DNA of 54,051 nt, counting the filler, from Asterionella formosa (lineage: Eukaryota), in the NCBI GenBank assembly GCA_002256025.1. It is 4 parts of 4 records of this genome, joined end to end, with 100 filler letters (N's around TTAATTAATTAA, not from the genome) between each part and the next. Parts side by side here need not be neighbours in the genome. Positions count along the whole stretch, not along the records: positions 27,090 to 40,530 come from NKIB01006692.1; positions 40,631 to 54,051 come from NKIB01006700.1; 2 more parts are not named here. One strand, written 5' to 3'. A model generated the notes under the pieces. The model ran no database searches. It was not told the origin of the DNA and worked only from the letters and a program-made list of their open reading frames with translations. The number at the start of each line of letters is the position of its first letter. The first letter of the stretch is position 1. The position numbers and the translations under genes are program-made. Shown piece after piece: positions 36,281-49,194 of the stretch.

Positions 36281-36469
36281 TATGCATTACAGATACCGGT
36301 AGATGCACACATGTACAAAAACATCTTGCTATCGTTGACCTTATATACTTTGCTTGATAATGCTTCATCTTATCGGGGGTACCGGTATGCTGATACCGTA
36401 GTCTCGTATTCTCCTTTAGAGCTAGCAGGTACCTGGTACCGGTTGACTAGACAACCATTTTTCAGTGAA

Positions 36470-36793
36470 ATGGCCGACAATTGCTGTAGCTTTTTCTTTT
36501 CGATTCTTTGGCTTGCCTTCCTCCTTTTCATAGCATGGCCAATCGCATTTGCTGCCGCAATTGTTTGGTTACTTCTTCAGGTGAGATTCTGATATCACAA
36601 AATCCATCCAGTTTCTGTGCCCACCTCATGGTCTAACTAACAAGCATTTCTGACTGTTCCTCAGCCATTTGAAGCACTCCTTGGTAACTGCGCAAAATCC
36701 ACTAATCATTTCTTGGAGAAGCTCGTGACCTGGCCAAGAGAATGCGGAAAAGCAATTGTCGACGGATCAAGAGGTTGCCCACATCCTCGATGA
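36470..36793 (+). CDS. Small 79-aa membrane protein; exons 36470-36580, 36665-36793
   Basis: Phase-0 intron CAG|GTGAGA..CTAAC..CCTCAG| gives MADNCCSFFFSILWLAFLLFIAWPIAFAAAIVWLLLQPFEALLGNCAKSTNHFLEKLVTWPRECGKAIVDGSRGCPHPR*. Confidence 0.75.
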
Positions 36794-37577
36794 ATATTTG
36801 TTCTAAACAGAGACACAGCTCTAGTATGAAAATGTGAAAAAATAAATGCATTTGGATGACGTTCTGTTTTCCCTCTAGGAGAAGAAAGATGTGTGTAAGA
36901 GATTCTACTTTGAGAGTATAACCGAGCAGGCTTACCGNNNNNNNNNNNNNNNNNNNNNNNNNNNNNNNNNNNNNNNNNNNNNNNNNNNNNNNNNNNNNNN
37001 NNNNNNNNNNNNNNNNNNNNNNNNNNNNNNNNNNNNNNNNNNNNNNNNNNNNNNNNNNNNNNNNNNNNNNNNNNNNNNNNNNNNNNNNNNNNNNNNNNNN
37101 NNNNNNNNNNNNNNNNNNNNNNNNNNNNNNNNNNNNNNNNNNNNNNNNNNNNNNNNNNNNNNNNNNNNNNNNNNNNNNNNNNNNNNNNNNNNNNNNNNNN
37201 NNNNNNNNNNNNNNNNNNNNNNNNNNNNNNNNNNNNNNNNNNNNNNNNNNNNNNNNNNNNNNNNNNNNNNNNNNNNNNNNNNNNNNNNNNNNNNNNNNNN
37301 NNNNNNNNNNNNNNNNNNNNNNNNNNNNNNNNNNNNNNNNNNNNNNNNNNNNNNNNNNNNNNNNNNNNNNNNNNNNNNNNNNNNNNNNNNNNNNNNNNNN
37401 NNNNNNNNNNNNNNNNNNNNNNNNNNNNNNNNNNNNNNNNNNNNNNNNNNNNNNNNNNNNNNNNNNNNNNNNNNNNNNNNNNNNNNNNNNNNNNNNNNNN
37501 NNNNNNNNNNNNNNNNNNNNNNNNNNNNNNNNNNNNNNNNNNNNNNNNNNNNNNNNNNNNNNNNNNNNNNNNNNNNN

Positions 37578-38786
37578 GCAGCGATATCAAATCTACCATA
37601 TGGTGGCGGAAGTGGGCCATGACGAAAGCCATCTCGCCAGAAGAAGAGGGCTCTCTCCTTGAGTACGGTAGTGTCTGGATGTTTCCAAAGCTGGCTAATA
37701 TCGATCCCGTCCAAAACCGATGGCACGTTAATGCCTAAAAGGGATAGAAGCGTCGGTATGACATCTAATGTGGATACCATTTCGTTACTTTCTTTTCCTG
37801 CTGGAATAACACCGGGCCATCGAACCAACGCGGGCATTCGAAGATTTGCTTCCCAAACTGATCCTAATCCAGTATCTGCTCCACAATGAACTCCGTTGAC
37901 CTCTTGGTTTTTCCCTGGAAGCACACACCGTCTCATGTTTTCACTCGTAGGACTAGGTTCGTAATCACTCGGGCATGCTGTGCAGGTTAGATCTGTGTTA
38001 TCCTGCAGCCAACGGCCTTCAAAAGGTCCTTTCGACCCTGAACATTCCTGCTCTGCGACCCACGGTCCATTATCACTCGTGAATAATACAATGGTGTCAT
38101 TGCTGATGCCCAACTCATCTAAAGTATCCAGCACTTGACCAGCAATCCAATCCATCTCTTCAACTGAGTCCACAAACGTACTAGGTCCGGTTCTACCCCA
38201 TTGACACGTCTTTTGTTCATTTCCGAATTTTGGTGCACAGAGTTGATGCACGTGCGAGAATGGGAGATACAACAAGAATGGTGATTGAGTTGCATGATGT
38301 TTCCGCATGAATTTATTCGCTGCATCGGCGTAGACTTTAGCCAATTCTTGTAATCGGACTGGCTGCTGTAGAATCGTGCCTCCTTGATACAATGGAAGCC
38401 ACAAGGTATCATCTTTATCCTGGAAGCAGGTATGATTGTCAACAGATCCACCAGACATGTGATAGGGAATCCCAATCCATTCCTCAAAGCCTTGATTTGT
38501 TGGTAAATAATCAGGTCGATGCCCTAGGTGCCATTTTCCAACTATGGCAGAAGCATATCCTGGGAGATACTCGGCTATTGTCGTTTCATTCGGTGAAAGT
38601 CCATATACTGAATCGGGACCAAAAACTCTAGGATAAATTCCCATCTTTGCAGGATATTTTCCAGTTATCAATGCTGCTCGACTGGCTGAGCATAGGTGTG
38701 CGGCGGAGTTCCAGTTATTTAACTTCAATCCTTCTCGCCCAAGTCGATCGATGTTTGGTGTTTTTGCAGAGGCTGCTCCGAAGAAA
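37578..38786 (-). CDS. Formylglycine-dependent (S1) sulfatase, arylsulfatase-like; both ends in N gaps
   Basis: TPNIDRL, LCSASRAALITG, GKWHLG, FTSDNGP, WEANLRMPALVRWPG, DGID. Confidence 0.9.
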
Positions 38787-40530
38787 NNNNNNNNNNNNNN
38801 NNNNNNNNNNNNNNNNNNNNNNNNNNNNNNNNNNNNNNNNNNNNNNNNNNNNNNNNNNNNNNNNNNNNNNNNNNNNNNNNNNNNNNNNNNNNNNNNNNNN
38901 NNNNNNNNNNNNNNNNNNNNNNNNNNNNNNNNNNNNNNNNNNNNNNNNNNNNNNNNNNNNNNNNNNNNNNNNNNNNNNNNNNNNNNNNNNNNNNNNNNNN
39001 NNNNNNNNNNNNNNNNNNNNNNNNNNNNNNNNNNNNNNNNNNNNNNNNNNNNNNNNNNNNNNNNNNNNNNNNNNNNNNNNNNNNNNNNNNNNNNNNNNNN
39101 NNNNNNNNNNNNNNNNNNNNNNNNNNNNNNNNNNNNNNNNNNNNNNNNNNNNNNNNNNNNNNNNNNNNNCGGCAATTCCCGCTCTAGCTATCGTCTTGCC
39201 ATTCGGGTACTTCTAAGTAATTTTTAGGCTTTAAGTAATTTGTTAAGCAATTTTTATTTAGGGGCAATATGGGGCAGATCGAATTTTTCGGCATTAAAAT
39301 TGCTGATTTTAGCATGACAGCTAGTAAGGTAATGGTAAAATACATGACAGAAATCATATAACATGCATCAAACAGACGAGAATAATTGTAAAAAGCAATA
39401 CCAATGAAATTATGCTTGACAATTGGAGCATCTAAATAAAGCATGAAATACAATGTAATGGTAGCATCAACTGAGAAGAAATTTGGATTAGAAATTGAGT
39501 AAAAAATATCAGTTTCCCTCAACACTTTTGCATTGCAATATTTAACCGAAGAGAAATTGCTAGATAAATGCTGATTGTTTCTGCTGGACAAAAAATATTT
39601 CGTTCTACAGAGGATGTCGAATAATATAGCTAACTTTTTGTGCACACCCAGATTTATGGCCAGTTGGTGATCCATGTCGATGGTCTCATCAGCCCCCCTT
39701 GCTTGTTGAGGCTGCGAAGCGAGCAATCGACGATACATTGACATTTTTTTGGTGTCAAATCCTTCATCCACTGCCATTGGTTAACGTAGTCTCAACGAGG
39801 GGGGGGGTTCTGGAGCAAACATTCCCAAGAAGGTATGATTCTATCGAAAAACACGCAAAAATCCAGGTCAGGTTCACCTTTTTCTAGAATACTTAGAACC
39901 TATCATATGATATACACCATTCGATTTGGAATAATTTTTATGTAGAAGAGGCTGTTAGCCGAATAATTTTTTCATGATTAGCCAAGCCATAAAACTTTGT
40001 TGCAACTATACATGACAGCTGCAATATTTTGTACTTCAACAAATGTTTTCAGACGAAAGGAAAATAGAAAATCATTGCAAAAATAATCCTATTCCATCTT
40101 GCGGCTTTTTAGCTAGATTAAGCTCCTTTCATTTTTTCAATCAAGTGATGCGAAATGAGTGGTTGATCGCTGTCGCTTCGATTTTCAACTTTTTCACCTC
40201 TCAGCAAATCTTGGCAGCATTCCAGACCCAAGATTCGCTGAGCGATGAAGAATTTCATAATTCCAGAGATTCATCAATCATATATTCTTATGTAGAATGA
40301 ATCTTTGTAGACTTTTTTCTCCATCTGCTCACAACACGGTAATGCTACTATTACATTAAAAAACATGTTCATCATAAATACCTATTACATCGTCACACAT
40401 CGCCATTGTCATCATCATTGTTACCCTTGTTGTTATCTCGTTCGCCTTGATTGGTTTCATACAGCATCATATAACTTCACTTTTATGGTCCCTTAGCTAA
40501 GACTATTCAATTGCTAATAGTAGAATAACC

Positions 40531-40630
40531 NNNNNNNNNNNNNNNNNNNNNNNNNNNNNNNNNNNNNNNNNNNNTTAATTAATTAANNNNNNNNNNNNNN
40601 NNNNNNNNNNNNNNNNNNNNNNNNNNNNNN
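40531..40630. other. Artificial contig spacer
   Basis: N44-TTAATTAATTAA-N44. Confidence 0.95.
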
Positions 40631-42119
40631 TTCAGAGAATGTTTACTTGGAAGTTGAAATTGAGGAGGAAGGGGCATTTCCATTGCATTTTCAGCCGGTG
40701 CGATCTTGAAAATCTGAATATTGCATGGTTTCTGAATTCAACCCTTGGAGAGTTTTTAGTCTCAATTGTTCGTCCTTGTGACTGAATATTGTTATAAACT
40801 GAATCGTCGCTGTCGTCATGAAGTGGATGATTGTGGTCACTTGATTCAAGGATAAGACACATAATCTCTTCTTGTCTAATCTCCCTAAATGCTGCAGCAG
40901 TTACAATGCCATCATTAACTTCTTTCCTTGAATGATTCGATGCACTACCGCAATACATAGTTTCACTATGTATTCCAGGAACTCGATGTTCTTGCATGCA
41001 ATGTCGGCAGTGACCATATGCATAAAAAAACAAGGTTGCTACAATTTCGATTGTGAGACTCAGATGGGGATTTGTTCTTCCGAAATTTGTAGTTACACAG
41101 ATAACACCATTGCAATGTGCGCAAAGACATTGCAAATGGCAAATGATGACCAAGTCAGGATATGAAAAGGATAGAATGAAAATGAATTAATATATAATAA
41201 TAAATTGAGCACCAATTCGGACATGCTGTGCTGGAAAATATAGAGTCGTGAAATTATCACTCCACCATAGTAGTAAAAATGGAGGTATACCGCTACATAT
41301 AGCTAGTACAGGCGGCACTAATAGTAATAGTAGTATAGAGCAGAATCAATGTTTTCCTATCATCTATGATATGGCTTGCATTTGTAGAAGTCTCACACTA
41401 ACTATAATTATTATGTTACTACTAAGTATGCATTGGATTCTGTTAGATCCATTCAAAATCAACATCGTCATCAATGTCCCATTGATTAATGCGGTCATTA
41501 TAATCAATATTCTTCTCAGGAACATTTGGTTGAAGTGATTCAACAAATTGATGCATATCCTCTTTACTTACGTTGGGAAATGAAAAGTATGAGTGTGGGT
41601 TGATGATATTTGTGGTGGGAGTAGCAATTCCACTAGGATTCCTTCCATATTCAGATTGATTATTTTGTGAAAGTCCAGTGTATATTTCCTTATAATAAAC
41701 GAGTAAATCATCAGTCCATTGATCAGTGAGACCATTTGAAACTGAACTTTCTTCCCTCACACTTTTTTTATAAGTGGTTTCCCACCAATGTCGACAAAAT
41801 CGGTAGAATGACGAATTTCGTTCTCTGAAATTTCATGGGTATCTGGATTGAAATCCAAATATTTTTGTTGCAATCGGAATAGTCCTTTCAGCACCAAGAA
41901 GCAAAATGCTTCTATACTGGCATTGATCAGCGAACCAACAAAACGTGTTTGCAATTCACACTTTGCCCGAAGACTGAGCGAGTTGAAATTTGGTCACACC
42001 AGATTTGTCTCCTGTTAAAAATGGTTCTCCACGGCTTGTCTTGCCTATAAAATACACCGGAGCAAGAACATCACGCCAGACTTGTTATCCATGGCTTCCC
42101 CCTGTCAATGTCCTTTGAC

Positions 42120-42680
42120 TGCGCAAAACGATGGTTGTCATTTGAAATGATAGAAATTCGTTTCTTGGCATGCAAGATGGAATGTGCTCACAGTTGAGTC
42201 TTCTATTTCTTGTAAAGGCTACTATTTCATTTGTGATGGAGGGTACCTATGATGGCCAGTGTTGATTTGTCCAATTAATTACGGCAATGAACATGGAAAA
42301 GAAAAGGGGGGGGGGGGGGGGGGTTTGTGGGGGGGGGGGGGTTTGAAAATATTTTGTGTTTGTGTTTGGTTATTTGAAAAGTCGATAGTTATTTCTTAAG
42401 AACTGGAACAACTTGTCTCGACTTGACCATATCGAAAATGCGTTCACATCATGCTGTATGCTCCATGACATACTATTAGAAAGCGATGGTTACCTTGACT
42501 GTGAAAGTTCTGACACACAGCATATTGCACATACTGTGTGAGGTGACTGCATGGAATTGCATGTTACTTCACACCGCAACTTCTTGAATGAAACAGTGGC
42601 AGGGGGTAAACAAAGTCAATGGTGGAATAGAGTTCAACTACTTGTTGATCATTATGACGAATTTCGTAAAAGATGTAACT
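42120..42680 (+). mobile_element. PIF/Harbinger-type DDE transposase remnant
   Basis: Plus strand reads KGYYFICDGGYL*WPVLICP, then after the poly-G tract CVFGYLKSR*LFLKNW..IENAFTSCCMLHDILLESDGY. This matches the Harbinger DxGY and E(C)xFGxLKxRF..CCxLHN motifs; contains stops. Confidence 0.75.
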
Positions 42681-42847
42681 AGTAAAATAAATTCATGAGT
42701 ATTTATGTTGCCTAATTAGTTCCTGAACATCAGAGCTGTGCATAGAAAAGCAAGCATCACAATACCAAATGTTCTGTAGATTTCGAAAACCATCACAGCA
42801 AATGGAGCATACAAATTTGTTGCAATCAATGCAAAGGTGTTCACTGT

Positions 42848-43820
42848 TCATGACTTGGCAGTCAGTGCAAATGCCTCCAACAAGTCCTGGGCCTTGATTT
42901 TTATCTTGCTCATCATTACGAACAAAAGAGGGAATTGGGGTAGTATTTGTTGGTGTGAGTTCATTCCAAAGACACTTGTCGCACTGACAACACTTTTGTC
43001 AGTCAAAACACTTGTACTACTCTCAACATCATAAGTTTGTAGGGAAGGTAGATTATCGAAACAATTCAAAACAGCTGCATGATATCTGTCTTAAGGGAGA
43101 TGAGCAACAATCTCATCAGTTTTTCCCTTTCGAGTTTGTGCTGCTTGAAAATTGAGCATCGACATATCCATCATGGTTGGGGTTTTCTGTTTGCTTGGTG
43201 ATGAATATTCATTATCATGATGATGCTTTAGTTTGCTACTCCTGCCATGCTCCTTATTCCTCTTCTCTTCGCGATCTGCCAGCAGCATCTCTCGCTCGTC
43301 GACTTATATTTACGACATTAATGTCTTTCACATCTTGAACCAATTGCATATTCTTCCGAAAAATCTTTTAAAAAACAAATAGCACAAAACTGGATCCCTG
43401 TATTCCCAATGATTGGGTGGGCTTGGAACAACCATGATTTCGAGTCTGCTGGTTGATTGACCAGGTAGATCAACTCTGTCAATCATGATTTGACAAATTG
43501 GATTCTTTTTTTGGAAACTTTGCTTGTAAATATTGCAAACAAATTTGAAATATGCATCCTTCAAACCTTGTCCACTAGGAAGTTTGTGCAAATCCTGGGC
43601 GATGTTTGAACTAAAAATGATACTGTTGCGAAGTTTGTTTCTAATCTCCTGCCACTTTCTCCATAAGGTATCGCCAGTCATGCTCGATTTATCCTTGGAC
43701 CCCCATGCATATCGCAGTTGAAATTTTATGGCGGTATCACACATATCATCCTCGAGGTCATCATCCAGGTTTCGAAAATACGCTTCAGCCATATCTCGAA
43801 AATTCTTCTCCTCGGCACCA
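42848..43820 (-). pseudogene. Fragmented ORF convergent with the transposase, possibly the Harbinger Myb/SANT-like ORF
   Basis: MTGDTLWRKWQEIRNKLRN..LPSG resembles a trihelix/Myb-like third helix; broken over three frames. Position next to the transposase fits the two-ORF Harbinger layout. Confidence 0.4.
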
Positions 43821-46800
43821 CTGGATCGCAGCAAACCAACGGCAGCAGAGGTCAGGGACCCGGACCGGCATGCACATGACATGAACGGTCAAGTTTTTAA
43901 GTGCTACGAAGAACAGAGTGACCGTCGTCAATACAGCAGAACGCTTGAGGCTTTGGAAGGATATGTCAAGAAGTCCCTTAAGTACTCGGAAGACCTTGCC
44001 ATACTATTTGCCGACCAAATGGAGGCCCCAACAGTCTCCATGCCGATGGACCCAGGGAAGGACCCAAGCAAAACGGCCGAAATTATTTGGGCTGAGGAAG
44101 TCAAGGAGTACGTGAAGCATACCAGCACCCTCAGAAGCAACCTAGCCACAATCCATGCCGTGATTTGGGGGCAGTGTAGTGAGGCCATGACGGCCAAAGT
44201 AAAGTCGCTTGATGATTACAAGGCCAAGACTGTAGACAATGATTGTTTCTGGTTGCTCAAGCAGATCAAGGCCGTTACGTTGCAGTTTGACGAGAAGCGC
44301 AATGGGTTTATATCACTCCTCGATGCAAGAAACAGTTCCTAACCTGCCAACAGCAACAATGGCAAACAGCCGACGCTTACCTTGAGACCTTAAAAGGTTA
44401 GGCTGACACCATTGAGTACCACGGCGGAACGGTTGCAGAAAATCACGAATCGGTCCCGATGGCTACAGATGACGGAACCATACGCAGTATTGATGAGCGA
44501 AAGGCCATTGCACATGATAGAACCCTTGCAATTGCTTTAATCCGTGGAGCTGATGCGACCAGATATGGCACGCTCATTGTTGGTCTCTCCAATCAGTATG
44601 CAATGGGGAAGGATGATTACCCGACCGACATTACATCAGGCTACAGCCTACTTGTGAAATACAAGACCCCCGAAAACACACGTGCCAGAAACCCAACTCC
44701 CAGTCAACTCGCTGGTAGCCCTGAGGCCGGTGCCAAGACCTTCACACAACGAGGAGCGACCACCGACATCAACGGAGTGACACATGACGACGTCATATGT
44801 TACAACTGCCAGAGCATTGGGCACTATGCAAGCGACGGCCCTGAGACACAAGGAATGACGAACACTGGCACAACATTGGTGCAACATGTGTACATGCTTG
44901 GCCAAGCAAGCAAGACAAATATCGACCCTAACTGGATACTTTTGGACTCGCAATCCACAATCTCTGTGTTCAAGAACCCACAGATGTTACAGAACATTAG
45001 AAGCAGTCCACATGTACTCCGCGCACTGACAAATGGGGGACACCAGGATTCCAACATGATTGGTGACTTCTCAAACCTTGGACAGCCAGGTGTGGTATAA
45101 CCCCGATTCCATTGCCAACATTCTGTCGCTTGCCGATGTGCGCAAAGTATGCAAGGTATCCATGGATACGTCTCAGGAGGAACCAACCATATTTGTACAC
45201 CGACTTGACGGATCGGTCATGAAGTTTATTGAACACCCTTCCGGACTCTATATTTTCAACCCTAACGCTACTAGTTACTGTGTCAACGCGTACACCATGG
45301 TCTAAAGCACAGTAGCACAACAACAAAAATGTTTTCGCATCGGGAAATCAAATTGACCGATGAAGCTAGGATCTTTACAGAAAAATGGGGCGCCCTGATG
45401 AGATCGAGTTCCAATCCATCCTCAGAAAGAACCTCATTCGGAACTGTCCGGTGACACCAGACAACGCCAAACGAGCACTCCTTATCTATGGCCCCAACAT
45501 TGCTGTTCTCAAAGGAAAAATGACCCAATCCAAAGCTACACCGCGCGCTCCAAACTTCATTGCCTTGCCCATACCAGCACCCATCCTGAAGCATCACCAC
45601 AACATTACACTGTGTGTAGATTTCTTCTTTGTGCAAGGGCTCATATTCCACCACACAATATCACGTGGAATTGGTTTCCACACCGTAAGTCCGGTCCCAG
45701 ACCACCAGTCTTCCACCATTCTTCGTGAAACCAAAGCCGCCATACCCATGTATCAATCACGCGGTTTGACAGTACGCGATATACATGCAGATAATGAATT
45801 CGATTGCATTCGTGAAGACATCCGTCCTATCGAAATGAACATCGTGCCCACAGACAGTCCTGTTGGCGAAATCGAACGATGTATTTGCACCATTAAGGAG
45901 CGCCTCCGTGCTTGCGTTCACGGGCTACCGTTCAAGCGCCTGCCAAAACTAATGATAACCCACATGGTGGCCGATATTGTGCGCTGTTTGAACCAGTTCC
46001 CACACAAGAACGGGGTTTCAGACACACTGAGCCCAGCTTGTATCATCACTGGTGCTGCCAACCCCGACTACAACAACATGCGACTCGAATTTGGCTCATG
46101 CGTACAAGTATTTGAAGACAACGACCCCTCAAACACCCCACATTCCCAATCTTTAGGGGCCATATCTCTCAACCCCACTGGCAACGCGCAAGGCGACTAC
46201 TATTTCATGTCGCTTGCAACCGGAGCCAAGATTTCCAGACACCAATGGACCCTGCTACCCATCATTGACACCGCCATCGCCCGCTTCGAGGCCATTGCCC
46301 TACACGATGGGCAACACCTCATACAGGAGCGTGGTCTTGTCATTGAATGGCGCCCCGACCAGCCCATTGACGATGATGAATATGACCGCAACTACACTGA
46401 GCCTGGCAATACACCGACTGAGGACGATCCTTTTGAGGCCGAAATTTTCGCACCCATCGATGAAGAAGAAATCGCCGATCTGCTTGCCAATGCCTCCGAG
46501 CCTGAGAATGACGCAGTGGAACAAGAAGCGCACATCGTGATTGAGGGAAATGGTCTTGAAACTGAAGAATGTGATGACACAAACCTTGACCAAGACAACC
46601 TAGTAGGAGTCCTGGACATCGAACACGAAGAAGAAGACGAACTTGATGAAGAAAACGAGTACAAAGAAGACATCGGCTATCGCGAAAATGTAGGATACGA
46701 ACAAGGAGAACAGGTGGCAGTTGTAGGAGCGCAACGCGAAGAAGTCGGCAACGACCACAACAACCAAGTGGGAATGCAGCAAACCTCTCCCACCAGAACA

Positions 46801-48819
46801 TACAATCTTCGGGATCGTGGAGGCAATCAGGCCGCCCAATTTAAGGAGGTCATGGAAAACCCACATGACAGTAAGTCCTACTACCCGCCAATGCAGTTCA
46901 TACAGCACGGAGCCATGGGCACAAGATCACCTATGAGGCAGCGACGAGAGCATTAGGGCCCTCGTTTTTGGGCATATCGTGACGCAGATGACGGCAAAAG
47001 CAGGGATAAAGAAACACGGAAGGGTAGCCAAGGCAGCACTGATGGCTGGCGGAGTTTGCACAGTTGGAGGATCTGAATGTGTACGAGTCCATGAATCCGC
47101 TATCCCTGACCAAAGAACAAAAAAGGGCGCCCTTAGGGCGATTAACCTGATCAAAGAGAAACAAGACGGACGACTTAAAGGGCAAACTGTAGCAAACGGA
47201 TGAACACAGCGTACGTTGTATGACAAATCTGAGACCGCATCACCAATAGTGTCCACCGATGCACTCATGTTGGCTATAATTGTGGACGCACATGAAGGAA
47301 GAGACGTAGTCACTGCAGACGTGACAGGGGCAGACATGGACGATTTTGTGGTGATGAAGTTCATGGATGACTCAGTTGACATACTGTGTGAGATGAACCC
47401 ACTGCACAAGAGGTTCATAGCTGTGGAAAAGGGTACTAAGGTGCTCTACATCTGGCTAGTGAAAGCGATTTATGGATGTGTAAAATCGGTTCCTCTGCTC
47501 TGGTACAATCTGTTTAACAACACCCTAAACGAAATGGGTTTTGTGCTTAATCCCTATGACCCATGCATTGCGAACTGCATAATTGATGGAAGTCAATGTA
47601 CAATTGCATGGTACGTTGACGACAACAAGATTTCCCATGTGGACCCGGCAGTAGTAACCATGATCATAAAAAATTGAGAAACTTTTCGACAAAATGACAG
47701 TGACCAGAGGGAAGGAGCATGTGTTTCTAGGAATGAACATATGATACACTAATGAACACGCCGCTGTAATACACCATCCAGAAAGAATCTGTTTGATGTT
47801 GATGATGGAGCCGAGCTACTTTGTAAGCAAGAGGCCAAATCTTTCCACAAAATAGTGGCAAAGCTCCTGTATGTGGTGTCTACAAGGGCAAGGATGGACA
47901 TACTATTGGCTGTTGGTTTCCTGTGCACAAGGGTATCCAAAAGTACCACACAGGACCAAGCGAAGCTCAAACGTCTGCTGGAATATATCAGAGGGTCCAT
48001 GGACCTCGAAGACACATTAGGCGCAGATGATATGGGGAGGATGAGATCCTGGGTGGATGCATCATATGCCGTACATTCCGACATGAAGAGCCACACAGGA
48101 GGAGTGATGTCCTTTGGGACTGGAGGCATCATGTGTAATTCAAGTAAACAAAAGCTCAATACAAAAAGCTTGACGGAGGCAGAACTTGTGGGAGCTAGTG
48201 ATTATCTGCCTTACGCCATCTGGGTGAAGATGTTCCTCAGGGCACAAGGACATATGATTGCTGATAATTTCCTTGAACAAGAAGATAACGAGAGTGCCAT
48301 CAAGCTTGAGAAGAACGGAAGAATGTCGACAGGACCTAAATCTAGGCATATTGACATACATTATTTCTGGATTAAGGACCGCATCAAGGACAACAAAATT
48401 ACCATACAACACTGCCCAACTTTGCGGATGCTAGCGGATTTTTTTACAAAACCGTTGCAAGGAGCCCTTTTTCGGAATTTCCGTGACGTGATCCTACTAG
48501 GGTACAAACACATCGACACCCTGGCCATGAACCCACTGCCATCGGCCAAGGAGCGTGTTGAAAAATGGCGACCTGATGACTGTGGGATAGGAACTCCGGG
48601 TACCAACACTGGCACACTAGTTACGAGGAGAGAAGATTCGACAGTACCACTTACTTGGTCTGAGGTGGTGCATAGTAGAGGTGGCTCCACCAACCATACA
48701 GAAGTAGATGAGACTGTTTCAAGATCATTATCTCGAAACAATCCAGTTAGTAAGAACGAAGTTTGATCCGAATTTTTCTTACCTTCAACTCAATCAAATA
48801 TAACCGATTCTTGAAACAA
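43820..48819 (+). mobile_element. Decayed Ty1/Copia (CoDi-type) LTR retrotransposon, 5'-truncated
   Basis: Copia domain order: gag (MNGQVFKCYEEQSDRRQY, WGQCSEAM, CYNCQSIGHYA), protease (WILLDSQST), integrase (CVDFFFV, ADNEF, EIER), RT (KAIYGCV, YVDDNKISH), RNase H (WVDASYAVH, DNESAI, LADFFTKPLQG). Many stops and frameshifts. Confidence 0.95.
48556..48819 (+). repeat. Probable 3' LTR of the Copia element
   Basis: Purine-rich AAGGAGCG directly followed by TGTTG at 48556; candidate end AAACA at 48819. No partner LTR is available to confirm the boundary. Confidence 0.5.
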
Positions 48820-49020
48820 TCATAGGTTCAGGGCCTATGGCATGTCGGGGAAAATAGATTTTGCAACAGAGACAAGGGCACACGCCAAAAAGCCCAAGAA
48901 TGGATGAATCAATGTAGTAATGTTTGTATGGTTGTCATTGGAAGGAAAATTTTTCATTTGTTGGTGAATTTGGTGGAGATGAAATACAAAGTGCATCTGC
49001 TTGTGCTATTCGTGTTGCCA

Positions 49021-49131
49021 TGTTGTTATTGTTGTTGTTATTGTTGTTGTTATTGTTGTTGTTATTGTTGTTGTTATTGTTGTTGTTATTGTTGTTGTTA
49101 TTGTTGTTTGTTATTGTTATTGTTATTGTTG
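49021..49131. repeat. (TTGTTGTTGTTA)n microsatellite
   Basis: About 6 near-perfect 12-bp units decaying into TTGTTA units. Confidence 0.95.
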
Positions 49132-49194
49132 TTTATTGATTTTGCTGCTTGCTTCCAGTTTGCTTCATTGGTTTGTTGTTTTGCTAGCTATATC

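Noticed and set aside
36706..39227. Long ORFs running through N blocks
   Set aside because: Artefacts of N translation; only the sulfatase segment is real.
39184..39777. 197-aa minus-strand ORF
   Set aside because: AT-rich, no recognisable motif, within probable repeat DNA.
42306..42341. Poly-G tracts as a G-quadruplex element
   Set aside because: They interrupt a transposase remnant where coding sequence is expected; more likely a sequencing or gap-filling artefact.
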